64,000 nucleotides of DNA from Balanoglossus misakiensis. Taxonomy: Eukaryota > Animalia > Hemichordata. Shown here one piece after another: positions 23,482 through 37,100 of this stretch; positions within the stretch are counted from its first letter, which is position 1, and each line of letters starts with the position of its first letter. Below the pieces are notes generated by a model that saw nothing but the letters and a program-made list of their open reading frames with translations, was not told the DNA's origin and made no database searches. A program made the translations under genes and the position numbers. The DNA is taken from positions 3,858,213 through 3,922,212 of the forward strand of contig CM082589.2 of assembly GCA_040954595.2 (NCBI GenBank). Reading direction: 5' to 3'.

Positions 23482-26400
23482 TGAATTAAGCGGCGTGTCC
23501 CTTCAGATCTCCTTCAAGTTACGGCCCAGAGTAAAGGTAAGGGCCGGGGAATTCAGTGTAAGTACTCCCCAGCGAACTTCAGTCACATCCGTTGGATTTC
23601 CAGATATTTTTCTTCCGTGCGAACCTTTGCGTGACTGTTACATTGAAGTCCTCCCGATCCTTGCCGCCAGTCACTCAGTCTGAACATACAGGCGACAACA
23701 CGTGACAGCAGCTTCCAACAACTTTTAACTTTTTATAGGAACAAGCATTTATTCCCTGTGACATATTACAAACATCCATGTGTATAGATATCAAGTGACT
23801 TTTAAAACAATTTTTGACATAGTGTGTACAGTGAATATGGTTCTAGTATGTCATTTACGAATTTGAATAGACATTTGACGTCCGTCGCTTTGATGTAGTA
23901 GCTCTTATCACGTTACATCTCGAGTAACTTTTTGTTATAATTTGGCAGCAGTGTTTATGGAGGTTGCTCTAAACGTTGTAGGGTATCACGCAATATTTTG
24001 TTTTCAAATGGGTATGTTCCCGGAAAGCATTCTTCGTAGATAAGCCGAGAAGACGTACCTCTCTGAAGACTTTCGGGGAAAGTGACAGGCAATATGCAAA
24101 TCAGAGAAAACAGAGTGACGTCATGTTATATGATTGTCTTGTCGCAACTGGTAGTTTTCAAGACTCAATCACAAATGCTGCCATTGATATATTGAAGGTG
24201 GTTTTTTTTCTCGACGGAGAATTTTGAAGTCATAATTCTAAAAAAACATCGAAGAGATTTTTTCCCCGATATTTTACCAATATACATGTATAACATTGTC
24301 GGATCCATGGTTCTGAATGTTCGTATGTATAGTACAGTTAGATGCGTGGTGTTTTTGGTTTCCAGTGGGGTGTTTAAACGAGCGCATTTCTTCAATTAAG
24401 GTTCACGCTCCACCTTAGTTTGGGATTGCCACAGTCAAAAAAGTGTTTTAAGTCTATTAAAATGTAAAAAAAAATATTGTACAAAAATGAATACTAATTT
24501 ATTCAATGTTTTTGTAAAACCTGTAAGAATATGACTCATGTAAATTTGTGGAGAACGATGCGCTGTCTCCCATCCCCAGTTAACGTTTCCAGGGTTTTCA
24601 GTCAACGATGTCCGATATAAGGAATGAGAAACAAATCGTGGGTCTTCCGGTAATTCACAAGGTTCAAATGCTCTTTCAGAAATATAGAGGCTGAGGGTAT
24701 TTCTAACAGACAGACCCGCAATGTGAAACATTATGTTATGGTCTCAAGGAGCTGTCAGGGCCTGGGACGGATATCATGGGCATACCGTACAAAGAAGGGA
24801 TACAAGAGCTTCCAAGAAGTAAACACTATATAAAATGTATGTGAAAGAAGGTTATGGGCACCCTGATTGCAACCTAGCATCTTTGAGGATATTCGATTTT
24901 CTCTGTACGCATGAGAAATATAGCCCATGCGATGTTTCAGAGAGTTGTCAGTTACAATTCATTCTTGTAGTGACTATATACGTAGAAGTATAAATTTGAG
25001 GCAACAAAAATCGACTAAAACAATACATTATGCCGATCTGGTGTAACATATGATAACCATTATAGAAATGAGTTGAACTTGAAGTTGTTCATTAACATAA
25101 GTAACCCAACGGTGGATGAGATTTTTCATAAAACAGTATAAAATGTGGTTCTTAAATCAAGCGCTCTATTTAAATCTCGGACCTACATCCGGGTTTCATG
25201 AGATTTGGTTTGTGTCTACGTCATGCATATATTACGCCTTTCAGGAATCTCTTCATTATTTATATCATTGCTGAATACCTCTTGTTAATACTGATATAGA
25301 CTATTTGCGACCTAACCTAGCAAAGGTTGGACACGTATACAGGCTTATTATATTTGTCTTTACGCTTCATTTATTTTATTTCGATAACTTTCCAATTATT
25401 TAAATGTAGTAACGTAGGGTCCTGGTAATAATATATATTAAAACTTTGAACTCTGAACCTGTAGTGAAAGATATATGTTTGTTGAGTTTACTTCGTTTAA
25501 CAATCCAAGCGTATATCTATCGCTAATAATCAGCATAATGGCATAATATCGCCGATTTATTCCTTCAATCTTTTCCAGTCACGTTCCACTCGAGGGACGT
25601 GGTAACCTTGCGATGGCGCCTTTCCACTGCCAGCAAATTTATCCCACTCGACTTTCTAAGGGCCAGCTGATCATGATACGACGACGTAAGCATTCCCTAT
25701 GGCATTTCAAATATCGTGTCTGTCCACGATTTTGAGGAACGATTCAAAAGTGACATCGCCGCGTCCACTTTTCGCAAAAATTATTTTCACAATGGATTAA
25801 ATAATTGTTGAAACATCCAGTGCGCATGTCCATACTCTATCTTCACGAGTCTATCCACACATAGAGCTCGCGCCCTCTAGAAACAATAACGCTAATTCAT
25901 TGCAAGATGGCGTCAAAACCAAATTATAGCCAACATACGGATAAACTGCCATGGTGATTGGCACTTGCGATAGAAATCAGTCAGTTTGGCTACTGAACTT
26001 CCCCATTGTACAGTATACGAAAATTCACTTCTAACTATTTGAATACGTAAATACTGATCTGTTTTATATTTAGTATTGAAATATGCGAGGGTAAATTTCC
26101 AAATGTGACATACAGGTTACGCGAGGCTCAAATGGTAAATTGAACTCCAAACTGGTTATTTTATCTTATAGAAATTGGCATTCGTGATGTAAATTCTAAG
26201 ATATACACTTAACAACACTTACTTGACCAAAATCATTCGACAATATTGAGACAAAATTATGAATTAAATTATAGTGAACAAATTGTATGTTACTTATTTT
26301 GACCGACAACAAAACCGGTAAACAATAGCGCCGCCAACGGTTTTGAGTTCATCCGACCAACTACTCGCCACAACCTTGTGTATTATCATAATTAAACTTA

Positions 26401-27972
26401 CTTGCGCATGATGTCATAGTTAGCACCTCGTCTGTCGTTACGTTTTCTCTCGCGTCTTGTAGATTTGTGACGTTTCCCGCCTTTTACAGGTTGGTGCTGT
26501 TACTTTTAAATCGAGCTTGGCCGATTAGCCGAGCCTCATTGTTGAAAATGTGAATAACCAACCCGAACAAGAAATAGATAGCTATAACCAAAGATGCGGA
26601 TTAAAATTTGACGAATTTTTACAACCCACATTTGTAAGCTTGATTTTTATTTCTGACGACTAATCGTGCGTGTGTGTGCATGTATATGACATTGTGTGTT
26701 TGCCTGATAGATGTACAGTGCTGTACATCTGGACTTAACGTTACATAATCGGCGTAGTACATACTAATAAATTTACATGTATACAGTCCAAGATGAATGA
26801 ATTACGTCACTTCATCGTCGGTGTATATTTTGCAGGAGAACATACCCCTAAAACATACCCATAAAACTACATGCAGTTGTTTTGTGTTGATTTCATGGGT
26901 TTGGCCTCGGTTGCCACATAATTTTCGATACCATCAACTTTTATAGTGCTCACATACAATGTATTTCAACGGGCATATTACGTTAACACGTGTGCACAGT
27001 CCTTAGTCCAAGAGTTGAAACTGTCACTGGAAATTTATTATATTTAAGATAATTAAACTCACTTTATTGTACACCTGTGTCAATAGATTCATGTTTGATA
27101 TTAGCGAAGATATTCATATTTCCGGTTGTTGTTTTCGGGTGTATAAAAGCAAGTTCCTAAATAAATGTTTTTATGCAGTTTGTGGAAAAATAAGTTACTG
27201 CTTCAACTGTAAATGAAATAATAAATTCACATGCAAAATTAAATAGACCCAACATGTTTTTAAAAAGTTGTCGGTACACAGACATTTAAAAGAGCGCTTG
27301 ATATTAATTTCTATGGTTTTATGTCACACTACAAATAACTGTCAGTTTTCTGCAGTCCACTACCCCATTTACACATTTGCATACCATTAACATTTCCATT
27401 GTTCAATTTTCACACCCAACTCTTCTTTTGTTTTCCGAGGCACCTGGTCCTGCACACATTTCCTACTTTGAATACCCCATGATTCTCTGTTTCTCTGTTC
27501 ATTCCACGTGTGCATCTGAAGAAGGGGACTACATGTTCCTGAAAGATCATGCTGTATTTTCAACTGTTGATCAAAGAGTGCTACATAACTTTAATGCATA
27601 TTGTACCGAAGATCAACACGGCAATACTCCGATTTGTTATACGGTAAGGTGTTGAAGAGCTCATCGTTGTTTGCGGATATGTCATACGTGTGATTGAACA
27701 ATAGGTTGACACCATTGTTGACCTCTTTATGATGGCGCCCTCGGGGACAATTTTCCTTGCGTCAGTAGGTTGCACGAGTAGGAGCCGGTGCATTTACACG
27801 TTTCTGAATTCTAACACGAATAAGTACCCGGGGTGCTTTTCATGTCGTCGAAATAGTCCGAGCGGAACAACAGAGTGCGGTATCTTCGAATACGACCGTC
27901 TAAATTGCCCGGCGACGTCACCGAGGCCCCGTCGATTTTGTGGAGCGTCGGGTTCGCGAGACAGACGTGCAA

Positions 27973-28147
27973 ATGGCCAACAGCCCGTCCCTACGCTCGG
28001 TGGAGATACTTTTTCTTGCCGCCGCCGAGAATCGGGATAAGAAGCTACTGAAGGACTTGCTTGGTCGTCACGAAAATCTGAACATCAACTGCACTGACGC
28101 AAATGGACGGACCGCACTGACCATCGCCACACAATGCGGAAATACAG
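27973..28147 (+). CDS. TRPC: TRPC-B alternative first exon 1a
   Basis: caaATGG; MANSPSLRSVEILFLAAAENRDKK...NINCTDANGRTALTIATQCGNT; donor CAG/gtgggg (weaker), phase 1. Confidence 0.75.
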
Positions 28148-31100
28148 GTGGGGAAATTTTTGCTTTTGTTCCACCAATATCTGTAACACATGTTATTGTT
28201 TCAGCGCGTAAATATAGTTTGGTGGTGTGAAAATTGGCGGGAAAACTGCCACACTTTGCAATGCAAGAAGTGTCGCCCAATAAATGATGCACATTCTGCA
28301 AATTTCCGGACACGCTCAAAGGTTCATGGAAGACACGTGTAAAATAATATACTGGTGTACAACATTGATCGCAATGCTTGTTCTGAGCCGGCCCCATAAA
28401 CATCAGAAAACAATGCAAGCTGCGACAAGGAGACAGTGACTGATTGTTGACATGGGTGACACAACAACGTGGCGCGTGGATTAACACACAACACATGGCA
28501 CCATGTCTCGCATCGATATCAACAAAGTTAACCGGCTAAATAAACAGAAACATTATTCGGAACAACAATATGTTACATTGCATGGTACCAAGTAATAAAA
28601 AGTCGCCATTAATATTGTGGTACTGCATGCATAAATAGTGACATGGCCGTCCAGTGTCCATTTATTAGAAGGGAATTAAATGTGAACTCACGCTACCGTG
28701 CCCTCTAAAACATTCGCCAATTTAGTTGTAGGGATTAACTTCACAATTGGACCACAGATGGCAGCAGAATGCATTTACCCGCGTGTAAGACAATATTTCC
28801 AAACTGACCCCAAATAAGATCACGTGTTATGTCTTTAGGTTTAGTCCAAGGCGGTTGGTGACTTATGAAAACCTATAATACACTATGACAATGGACAGGG
28901 CCCAATCCGTATGCCAGACCCTAGTCAATTTTCCACGGTATTTCTGTCGGTAATGAAGGCTGGGGAATATTTTGTATGATTAATGTATAGTGATTTTAAA
29001 ATGACAACCTGGAAATGAAATTGGCCATGCACGAGCTCGATGTCAAGTTTCTGTTTTGCCATATCAGACTTTGTCTATTTTGGGATGCAGAGAACCCGTT
29101 GTCTGCGTTCGAGTTTCTCAAAGTCGACTGCCTTGACTTATTTAACGTTTTCTGGTATATAACTACAGAACATAGATGTTTCATCGGATGAACCCATTAC
29201 ACGAGCGTAAATGAGAATTGAAATGACAGCATATGTTGATGCTATTCCAGGCATTTAATGAATATGATAGAATGATGCTGTCTTTGTTCCCTAAATAAAT
29301 TCCATGTTATCTGCACTCGAGGTCACCACACCGACATGAGTATATATCATATCTTGTTTATGCTATGCTGAAAAGTAGCTATAGGACAAGACCCATTCCT
29401 ATACGAAGCTTAAAAACAGCAAACATTACTTTCATTATAAGCATGTTAGGTGAAATACTGGGTCGTTGGAACTGAACATGTGCCACAATTGTGTTTATTA
29501 ACACACAATCCCGTTGTTTAATGAGACCCTATACCAACCAGTACGTTATATCAAAGTATACATGCATGTATTGTAAATGTGACAAAAAGAAACGTTATTA
29601 CTAATGTGGACGAGGATATCCAGAATCGACTACATATGCGATATGCTATAAATAGCGCAGATGTAGACAGAGTTATCATCAGTTTACCTGTCTGTATCTG
29701 TGTTCTTCCACCAACCGTTTCATAAAGGTCCCACGTGACACACTACTATTGTTAAAATAGCGAAAGGCTTCACCCATGTCGCACAATGCGACACAAAAGT
29801 TCAAATGAAGGAAACGTCAACTATGGCTGCATCTGCCATTTCAGTCGCCACTGTGGCGAGAAGCGTGATGCATTACCAAACATATAAAATAAGCAATTAA
29901 TTCCTGCTGTTGTTGTTTCTTAAATGAGTTAGCGCCCCCATGAGCAATATCACACCAGTAATGACATCGTCTCACTATCTGTTGACTCAAGGCGTCGGCG
30001 ATCATTTTTAATACGGCCTCCCTTCGACACATTTTAACATTTGCCCGTGCAGCGACACCACTGAGTGTCATCAAAACAGCAGCGCCGAATCTCCTCACTG
30101 CTAAGTTCGTCGGCGACCGGGCTATTTTTGAAACGGGACAAGCCACTAAAGAATGGCTGGGTACAGCGCATCGATGAACCCGACGGAGAAGTTGTTTCTC
30201 GCCGCCGTTGAGAAGGGCGACAGGAAGTCACTCCTGGAGACGCTCAAGCGCATCGAAAACATGAACATCAACTGCGTCGACGACGGTGGTCGGTCAGCCT
30301 TGGCGATCGCAATACAAAACGGGAACACCGGTGAGAGGTCCTATCTTCGATAGCGCTTTTCTTTAAATACAAATTCAGGATCTGGTTTGTTCTCCGAGTC
30401 AGCCTATTAGCACATAAGGTCATAGTAGCTGCATTAATTGTCAATGCGTGCTATGTTAATGATATCGGTTTCAAACTAAGAATTACATACAGTAAGTAGC
30501 ATGATGACCGAATGTATGAAAAGAGGGAATATGTCCGATGCATTACTCTAGATATCATTTGCAAAAAAATATTTTACTACACGTATAATTTAGGCTACAT
30601 AAAGTAGGAATATCTATTATATTGAATGAAAGTGCTTCCCCGAACAAAACAAGCAATTTAAATAAAATCGTCGTAGAACGTATCATTACCATAGTAAGTG
30701 ATTTTAATAACGTCAATTTCCACCCTCATATAATGTTTAGCGCCCCCGTGGGATATCTTCATGTAGCCCGAATGAATGGCATCGCTTATCCTCATTGCAT
30801 ATGTATTAGTGATGACGTTATCTTCACATGAAAGCGAGTGTAATGATTAGCCATTGGCCCTTGCCCACACCATCAAAGCAGACCGCTGGGATCGTCGAGA
30901 GAGCAGGACGAACCTCAAAAGTTGCTGGACACCTGCCGGTTGTTTTAGAAAAAGGCGCGGGGGAAAGCGATCAAATGGCCGGCCACACGTCACCGTTGCG
31001 CTCGGTCGAGAGGCTCTTGCTGGCCGCCGCAGAGAAGGGCGACAAAAAGTTGCTGGTCGACACGCTGCATCGCGGCGGGGACTTGGACATCAACTGTGTC

Positions 31101-34100
31101 GACGCTAAAGGGCATTCGGCCCTGATAATTGCCATACAGTTCGGAAACACGGGTGAGAAATCATGCATGCATGTACCTTGTTTCGCCGTCGGCGTGGAAA
31201 TAATTGATTGCGCCAAGATCCATCGATGACAAATATCGATAAAGGGGAACTAGCTGGATGTAGTGTGTTCATTTAGCAGAGAAAAATCTGTCTTTCCGGT
31301 CCCCGAATACCTGCGTTTGTCTTATCATAAGTTTAAGCAATGTATGTTGCAAATGTCTTCGAAAGAAACATGCAAACTCATCTCGCGAAGTGAGCAATGG
31401 TCATGCAATTTACAACTTTTCTCCACCTGAATGCGTGATGCAGATAAATTGATGACGTTATTCATGGGTAGCAATGCAGAGAAGAAGGGTATATTTAAAT
31501 TCATCTTTTTATTGAATGATTGCAACGATTACTTGTTCACAGTGCATAGCGAATGGTCATGGTGACTGCAAAATGAAATTGATGTGGTTATCCTATAGTA
31601 TAATGAAATGGGAAAAGCAGTCAAAGTGATCAGTCAATAGTCAAATATAAGACTAAGAGTTCAATATACATATAGGTGCCTTGGTTGTAGTCTACTCCTA
31701 AGTATAAAATGCAGCTCATTTTGAACAGATGCGACAGTTAAATGTAAATGTAAATTTAAATGAAAGCGTTAGGATATAAAGACCCGTAAAATTCACAATA
31801 TGTAAGTTATTGATAGACAATTCAACGGAGCATTTGCGTTGGTAAATATCCACCGTTATTTTACTTTATTTCGGGATAAATGCACGGTATTTAAAAATAC
31901 AAATAACTACACCCCGGGCGGAAAAAACATAAAATAATAATGAAAAAAACACGAAAAACCTACAGGTCTTTTAAACACTGCCAGTAAAAAGCGAGAGTCA
32001 AAACATTAAAAAAACTAAATATACACCAACTTTCTGTGATAGATTTGAAGCATAAATAGACGGTGCATCAGAGATCTGAACCATTCAATCGATCAGAGAA
32101 TCAACACAGAAACTTACGTCGAAGAGCTTGAAATGATGGACTACTATTCTCTTATGTATGGCATGTGTTTGGTGGTGATTTATACCCGTTTTGACGAAAT
32201 TCTTGCTAAACATGTAAATCAAATATTTGTTGTATGAAAAGAATGTTTACATGATATATCTGCACATGACTTTTTTCGTAGATACTGAGTCAAAGTGGCT
32301 GCTAAAACATGACATTTGGCACCCATAAATATGGAATTATTTCGCTTCGCAGTTTTCTTCTCTTCGTTCTTTTCTTTTTTTCGCGCCAGTGATGCAACCT
32401 GTAAAATCCCATACCCGTATCTTTTCGCTTGGAGCTGTTTATCATGCATTGTATTACCATGAATAACAAAGCTACTCGCTTTGGCAACGTTTGCACGAAG
32501 CGTTTGAGATGATCTTCGATCCATCATTTCTATCAGACAGACGGGTGGCTCGGGAAAATGTGGAATACTGTGGCACCAGGCTATTTAGAGTACAAACCAT
32601 GCTTAGACATGGTATGTCTTACTATACGCGTGTTATAGACACTGGTATACTTGTAATTAATGATATGTAGTATACCATGCAAAAACCCAAGGTTGGACAT
32701 GAAGAACCCTTGTCGCTGTATTTACTTGACTAATTTAATGTCTCGGCCGTACTTCACCGCTTCGCATTCACGTACGTTGAATTCACGTTGCCTGTCCGGC
32801 ATTTAGAATCGCTTTCGCGCGAATCGATTGGTGCAACTTGGCAAAACCCGCTTGCACAAAGGCTATTGACCTGTAATGCGTTGCATGCATATGTTTTCCT
32901 GAGCCTATATGTTTAATTAGCAGCATATACTGCAAAGGTGAGGGTATAATTACATAACGCCAATCTAGGAACATCGCCCCGGCATATATTTTAATTAATA
33001 TAAATATGCATATCATTGTTGGATGCTTACTGCTAATGAAAGTGAATGTATGGCACTTATACCTTATTGTAAAATGCAACCTAAATTATATACTAACAAT
33101 TAACCTTTGTATTTAGGTATTTAAGTGGCACTTTCATGATTGAATAGATAATTACAGTAATCTTAACTCTCCGTTACCGATACCTGTACATGTATGTATG
33201 ACCGACCCCGCATCTATGCAAGCCCATGTAAAGTGATCATGAAAATGCAATAAATCATCCGATATTTAGTCTAAATGGGTCGTTGAAACGATTGGTGATG
33301 GGACACAATATAGCTCCGCATTTCTGTCTCGCTTTATCTAGTGTACCTCGAATTATACATTTATACGTCAATTCGCATGAAAATGTCGATCTTAGAAGAC
33401 ATCGATATCACAGGGGTATTCGGTCTTCCTCTGATGCACCACAATGTATGTTCGAATGTATGGACTTTTGTTTATCCCTGGATATATTATGTCGTTGTCA
33501 GTAAGGACTCTTGGAGACAAATTGCTGTTAATATCTTTTGTTATTTTTGTTTTAATATGCATTTTTGTCAGCTAGTCATCTGTTTTCTTTAGAGTTTATT
33601 TGAACAACATGTGTGCACACGCAAGCCCCACACGCAAGCCCATTAATAAGGTGTTCTATGGTTAATGTTGATCGTTTAAAAAGTAAAACCATAACTAAAA
33701 GCTTAAAAGCGATCGTGTACGTGATGCACATACAAATTAAAGGTCGATGATAGCCTTATACGCGTCCGCATGTGCATAATTTCCAACTTAAAAACTGAAT
33801 AGGCTCATGGCAGATAAACGGCAAACGCCCAAAGTTGTAAATAACAGTTTATATGATATGATACATCTTAGCAAGACATACTGACGTGCAGTTTAAAACT
33901 GTTCATAGTCACTGCAATATGCGGCCGCATGTCTAACGTTAATATCTGGTTTTCACCAATGCGGGTAGGTCTATAGGGGGAATATTTGTTCTCTAAACAT
34001 AGGTCTGAAAATGGTTTATTTGAAAGAAGTACCATCGTGAAACTTAATGCGAAAAAAGGGCGGTTGTATCCTTTCAGGACAAGGTCGATTCAATTGTCTA

Positions 34101-37100
34101 GCAGCAAATACCTGCGGCATTTCTAGGTTAATTTGCATATTTCGGATCCCATTTAGACAACCTTGGGAACCAGCTGGCACTACTACGGGCATGTTTCACT
34201 AATTTGCATTTTTCAGAATATTTCATTTTATTTATGGCCGTTTGGAACCTGAGCGAATAGAATGCGCGTTTGCATGTCATGAACCGATGTCATCATGTTA
34301 AAGATTTCAACATAGCAATATTTGGGAGACATTGTCTTGTTTAGCCTCGCAAACCAGTTATGGGTCTATGAGAGCCGGGCAAGTTTTTAGCTGAGTTTAC
34401 GTATTACATATCTCATTTTGAGGCGTGTCTTTTTAGCTGACTATCAATTCCTGGTAATATATTTTAGTATAGCAACAGAAGGCGACTCTCTGACCCTTAG
34501 TGTATCTTTCTTTCAAAAAGTAAGAAGAATGTGGTGCCTTATCATATTTGATTGGTTTCTTTTCTCAACACCTGTTTAACGCGAGCTATAATTACACCGT
34601 CTAGCACTCGCTTCTCGTGAAACTTCTCAGATAATTGCAACTCCAGCTCGAGGGATTTCCTATACAGAACATCTGGCACGACATTCGAATGTTAGGTCAT
34701 GCAATGCTGTCAATTGAACTCATTTAGACCGTGAAGAGAGCACGCGGTTCCCTAACTGGCAAGATCACGCGCTACTCTACGTTATACGACTTGTATTCAA
34801 ATGATAGAATACATATATATTTCACATCTTTGGAGATTCAATGTTGTGGCATATGTGCAACTAAAAAGAGTGAAAGATGGCCGAGCTGGTAACAGATCTT
34901 TTGTACCTACAAAAACAAGCGTTGTAATGTCTCTTATCTTTCATCAGGGAACGTTAAGTGGAACATGGAGTATGATAGCTAATATTGCTTATTTCTAACT
35001 ACACAAAAAGCGAAGGGCTATTGAAAAAAAATGCGATACTTAATAAATATATCCCACAAGCACTCCGCTCAGTCTACCAGGTATAATGTTTCAGACATGC
35101 CGCGTCTCTCAAGAGATCGCATCAAAGGAATGATTTACCGACTTAATACTCTTATATTAGTTTTGAGGCGATGGTTCCTCAAAGGTGCTTATTTAAACGT
35201 GACAAGACGCACTGACTGTTATAATGAAGGCCCGATCACCTGAGACTTCGTTGCGTTTAATACACATAAATTAACAATTTGTCTCTTCATTCTAAATTCG
35301 ATCATTTTATCAAATGAATCTATATCTGTGTCATCGGGACATCATTTAGCGAAGCACCGGGTTCATACCTTAAATATTTCCGGTAATTAAAAAATGTTTC
35401 TGCCACGTGCATTTTTTGCAAAGGTTTATTGTGAAAGCTTTATTGGTTTCAAAACTGTTAGTCTATTAATAGTTGTGCTATAATTCAGATGATGAATCCA
35501 ATGAATTTTTTATATTATGGTTACAGTTTATGATTGCGTTGATACCGCGTGATTGTACTTGAAGTCGCTTTGAAATCGTTCCCAATGACGGACATTTTTA
35601 TAACAGCTATTCAGATCATAGGCATGGGTGGGTGTGTATAGCCTAAACCAACATAATTTTTACCGAGAATGTTAATAGCCATTTAACATTTGTCATGCAA
35701 ATTACACCATGATGCGTTTATATATGAGCATTAGTGACAGATATAGCTGTCCTGTCCGCTCGATATGCCAGTTACAGGTCGCAAACGACAAATATATCTA
35801 ACGTAGGGTACCTATATCTACATGTCCTTTGTTTGCTGTGCCATTGTGTGCGTTAATCCCCAGCAGATGCGTATTATTCGTTTGTGAGCGAACTTTATGA
35901 TTGATGTATGACACATGTGAACTGTATCAATTTAATTTTCTGGTCACATCAGATTCCGTCAAGTAGCGCACATGGCCTGTCGAAAACTTCTGTTGCACAA
36001 TGGTAGGTATACATGTACATGTAAACAATAGCAAACACTATGATCGAAGAAGTCGTCAAACTTCATGCTCACAATCAATTATCTTCTCCATCTGAGCTAA
36101 TTCATAATTCGCCAAATATGCCTTTGAAGACCGACTCGAGATAGCCTGCTGGAATGTTAATGGGCAAACATTCAAAATAAATATCAAAGGGGAAATTATT
36201 ATTGTGTCCAAACTCGTCAAATGACGTTCGTTATGAAAGGTCGTTGTCATTGTGCATGACCCTGGAACGCGACATTGGTTGGTACCCAGTAACTTTACAC
36301 GATGGCAGCTGTGATGAGTGCCATTGTTATTTCAAAACAGTACAGGAGCTTACGTCATAACCCTGATATATGAACCGATCTTATATGCATGCTTGCAATA
36401 GTATTGTACTTATATTGGTGATTTTGCCAAAATTCACATTTTAAGAATGATAGTTTCTTTGTTTTCGTATTCTCCAAGAGGTCGCTTTATCACAAGGCAG
36501 ATATTTTCATATCCACAGCTATTATCTCTACACGCTACATAGAATCTAAATGACATATGACCAGCACAGGTATTATAGTATGCACATATATGTAGCCACT
36601 GCTCTGACGTGCGTTGATCGACTCTTGTCTGTGTTGACCAGAACGACAACAATACTGCCGCGGTCACATCTATATTACAATGTGCTGATAATCTTTCAGG
36701 ATTACCAGCTATAAATAAAGCTGCACATTTATATGTGTATGTACATCTATTAATGGCATGAATAATTTCGTGCACTGGTGATTCAGGGACAAGGGTACAT
36801 TAAAATGTACCACTGACGAACCGCAAACCTGGAACATACACCAGGAAAACCTACCCTCATGTTTCAAATGGTTCATTGTTGTCGTAAGCATAGAACATTT
36901 CAAACACGCCCAAAGTTCACTTAATTTTGTCATCTAAGATAATTGCTAATTTGCATATTGGGCATTCTATTTAAATTATGCTCCAATGTCAATAATTACT
37001 AACACCAAAATAGAGAGAAAACATTGTGTTCCCATCATTCTTTTTCATTTAGGGGAACTAAAGTATCGTGAAAAATTGCCGAGTCAGCACTTTTTTGCAC

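Noticed and set aside
24435-24731. 98-aa minus-strand ORF between the TRPC genes
   Set aside because: No family signature and no coding-like bias
25579-25685. Exon-like segment (ttttccag ... gtaagc) upstream of TRPC-B exon 1a
   Set aside because: No homology to TRPC in any frame; might be a non-coding exon but unsupported without transcripts
27973-31152. Reading the three ankyrin exons as consecutive exons of one longer ankyrin array, or as three separate small genes
   Set aside because: Each starts with its own ATG, aligns to the same N-terminal segment as TRPC-A exon 1 and ends at the same homologous donor; none has its own downstream body, and convincing acceptors are lacking for 1a and 1b
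33616-33641. 13-bp tandem duplication CACACGCAAGCCC x2 (also a G-run at ~47719-47732)
   Set aside because: Ordinary slippage products with no further structure
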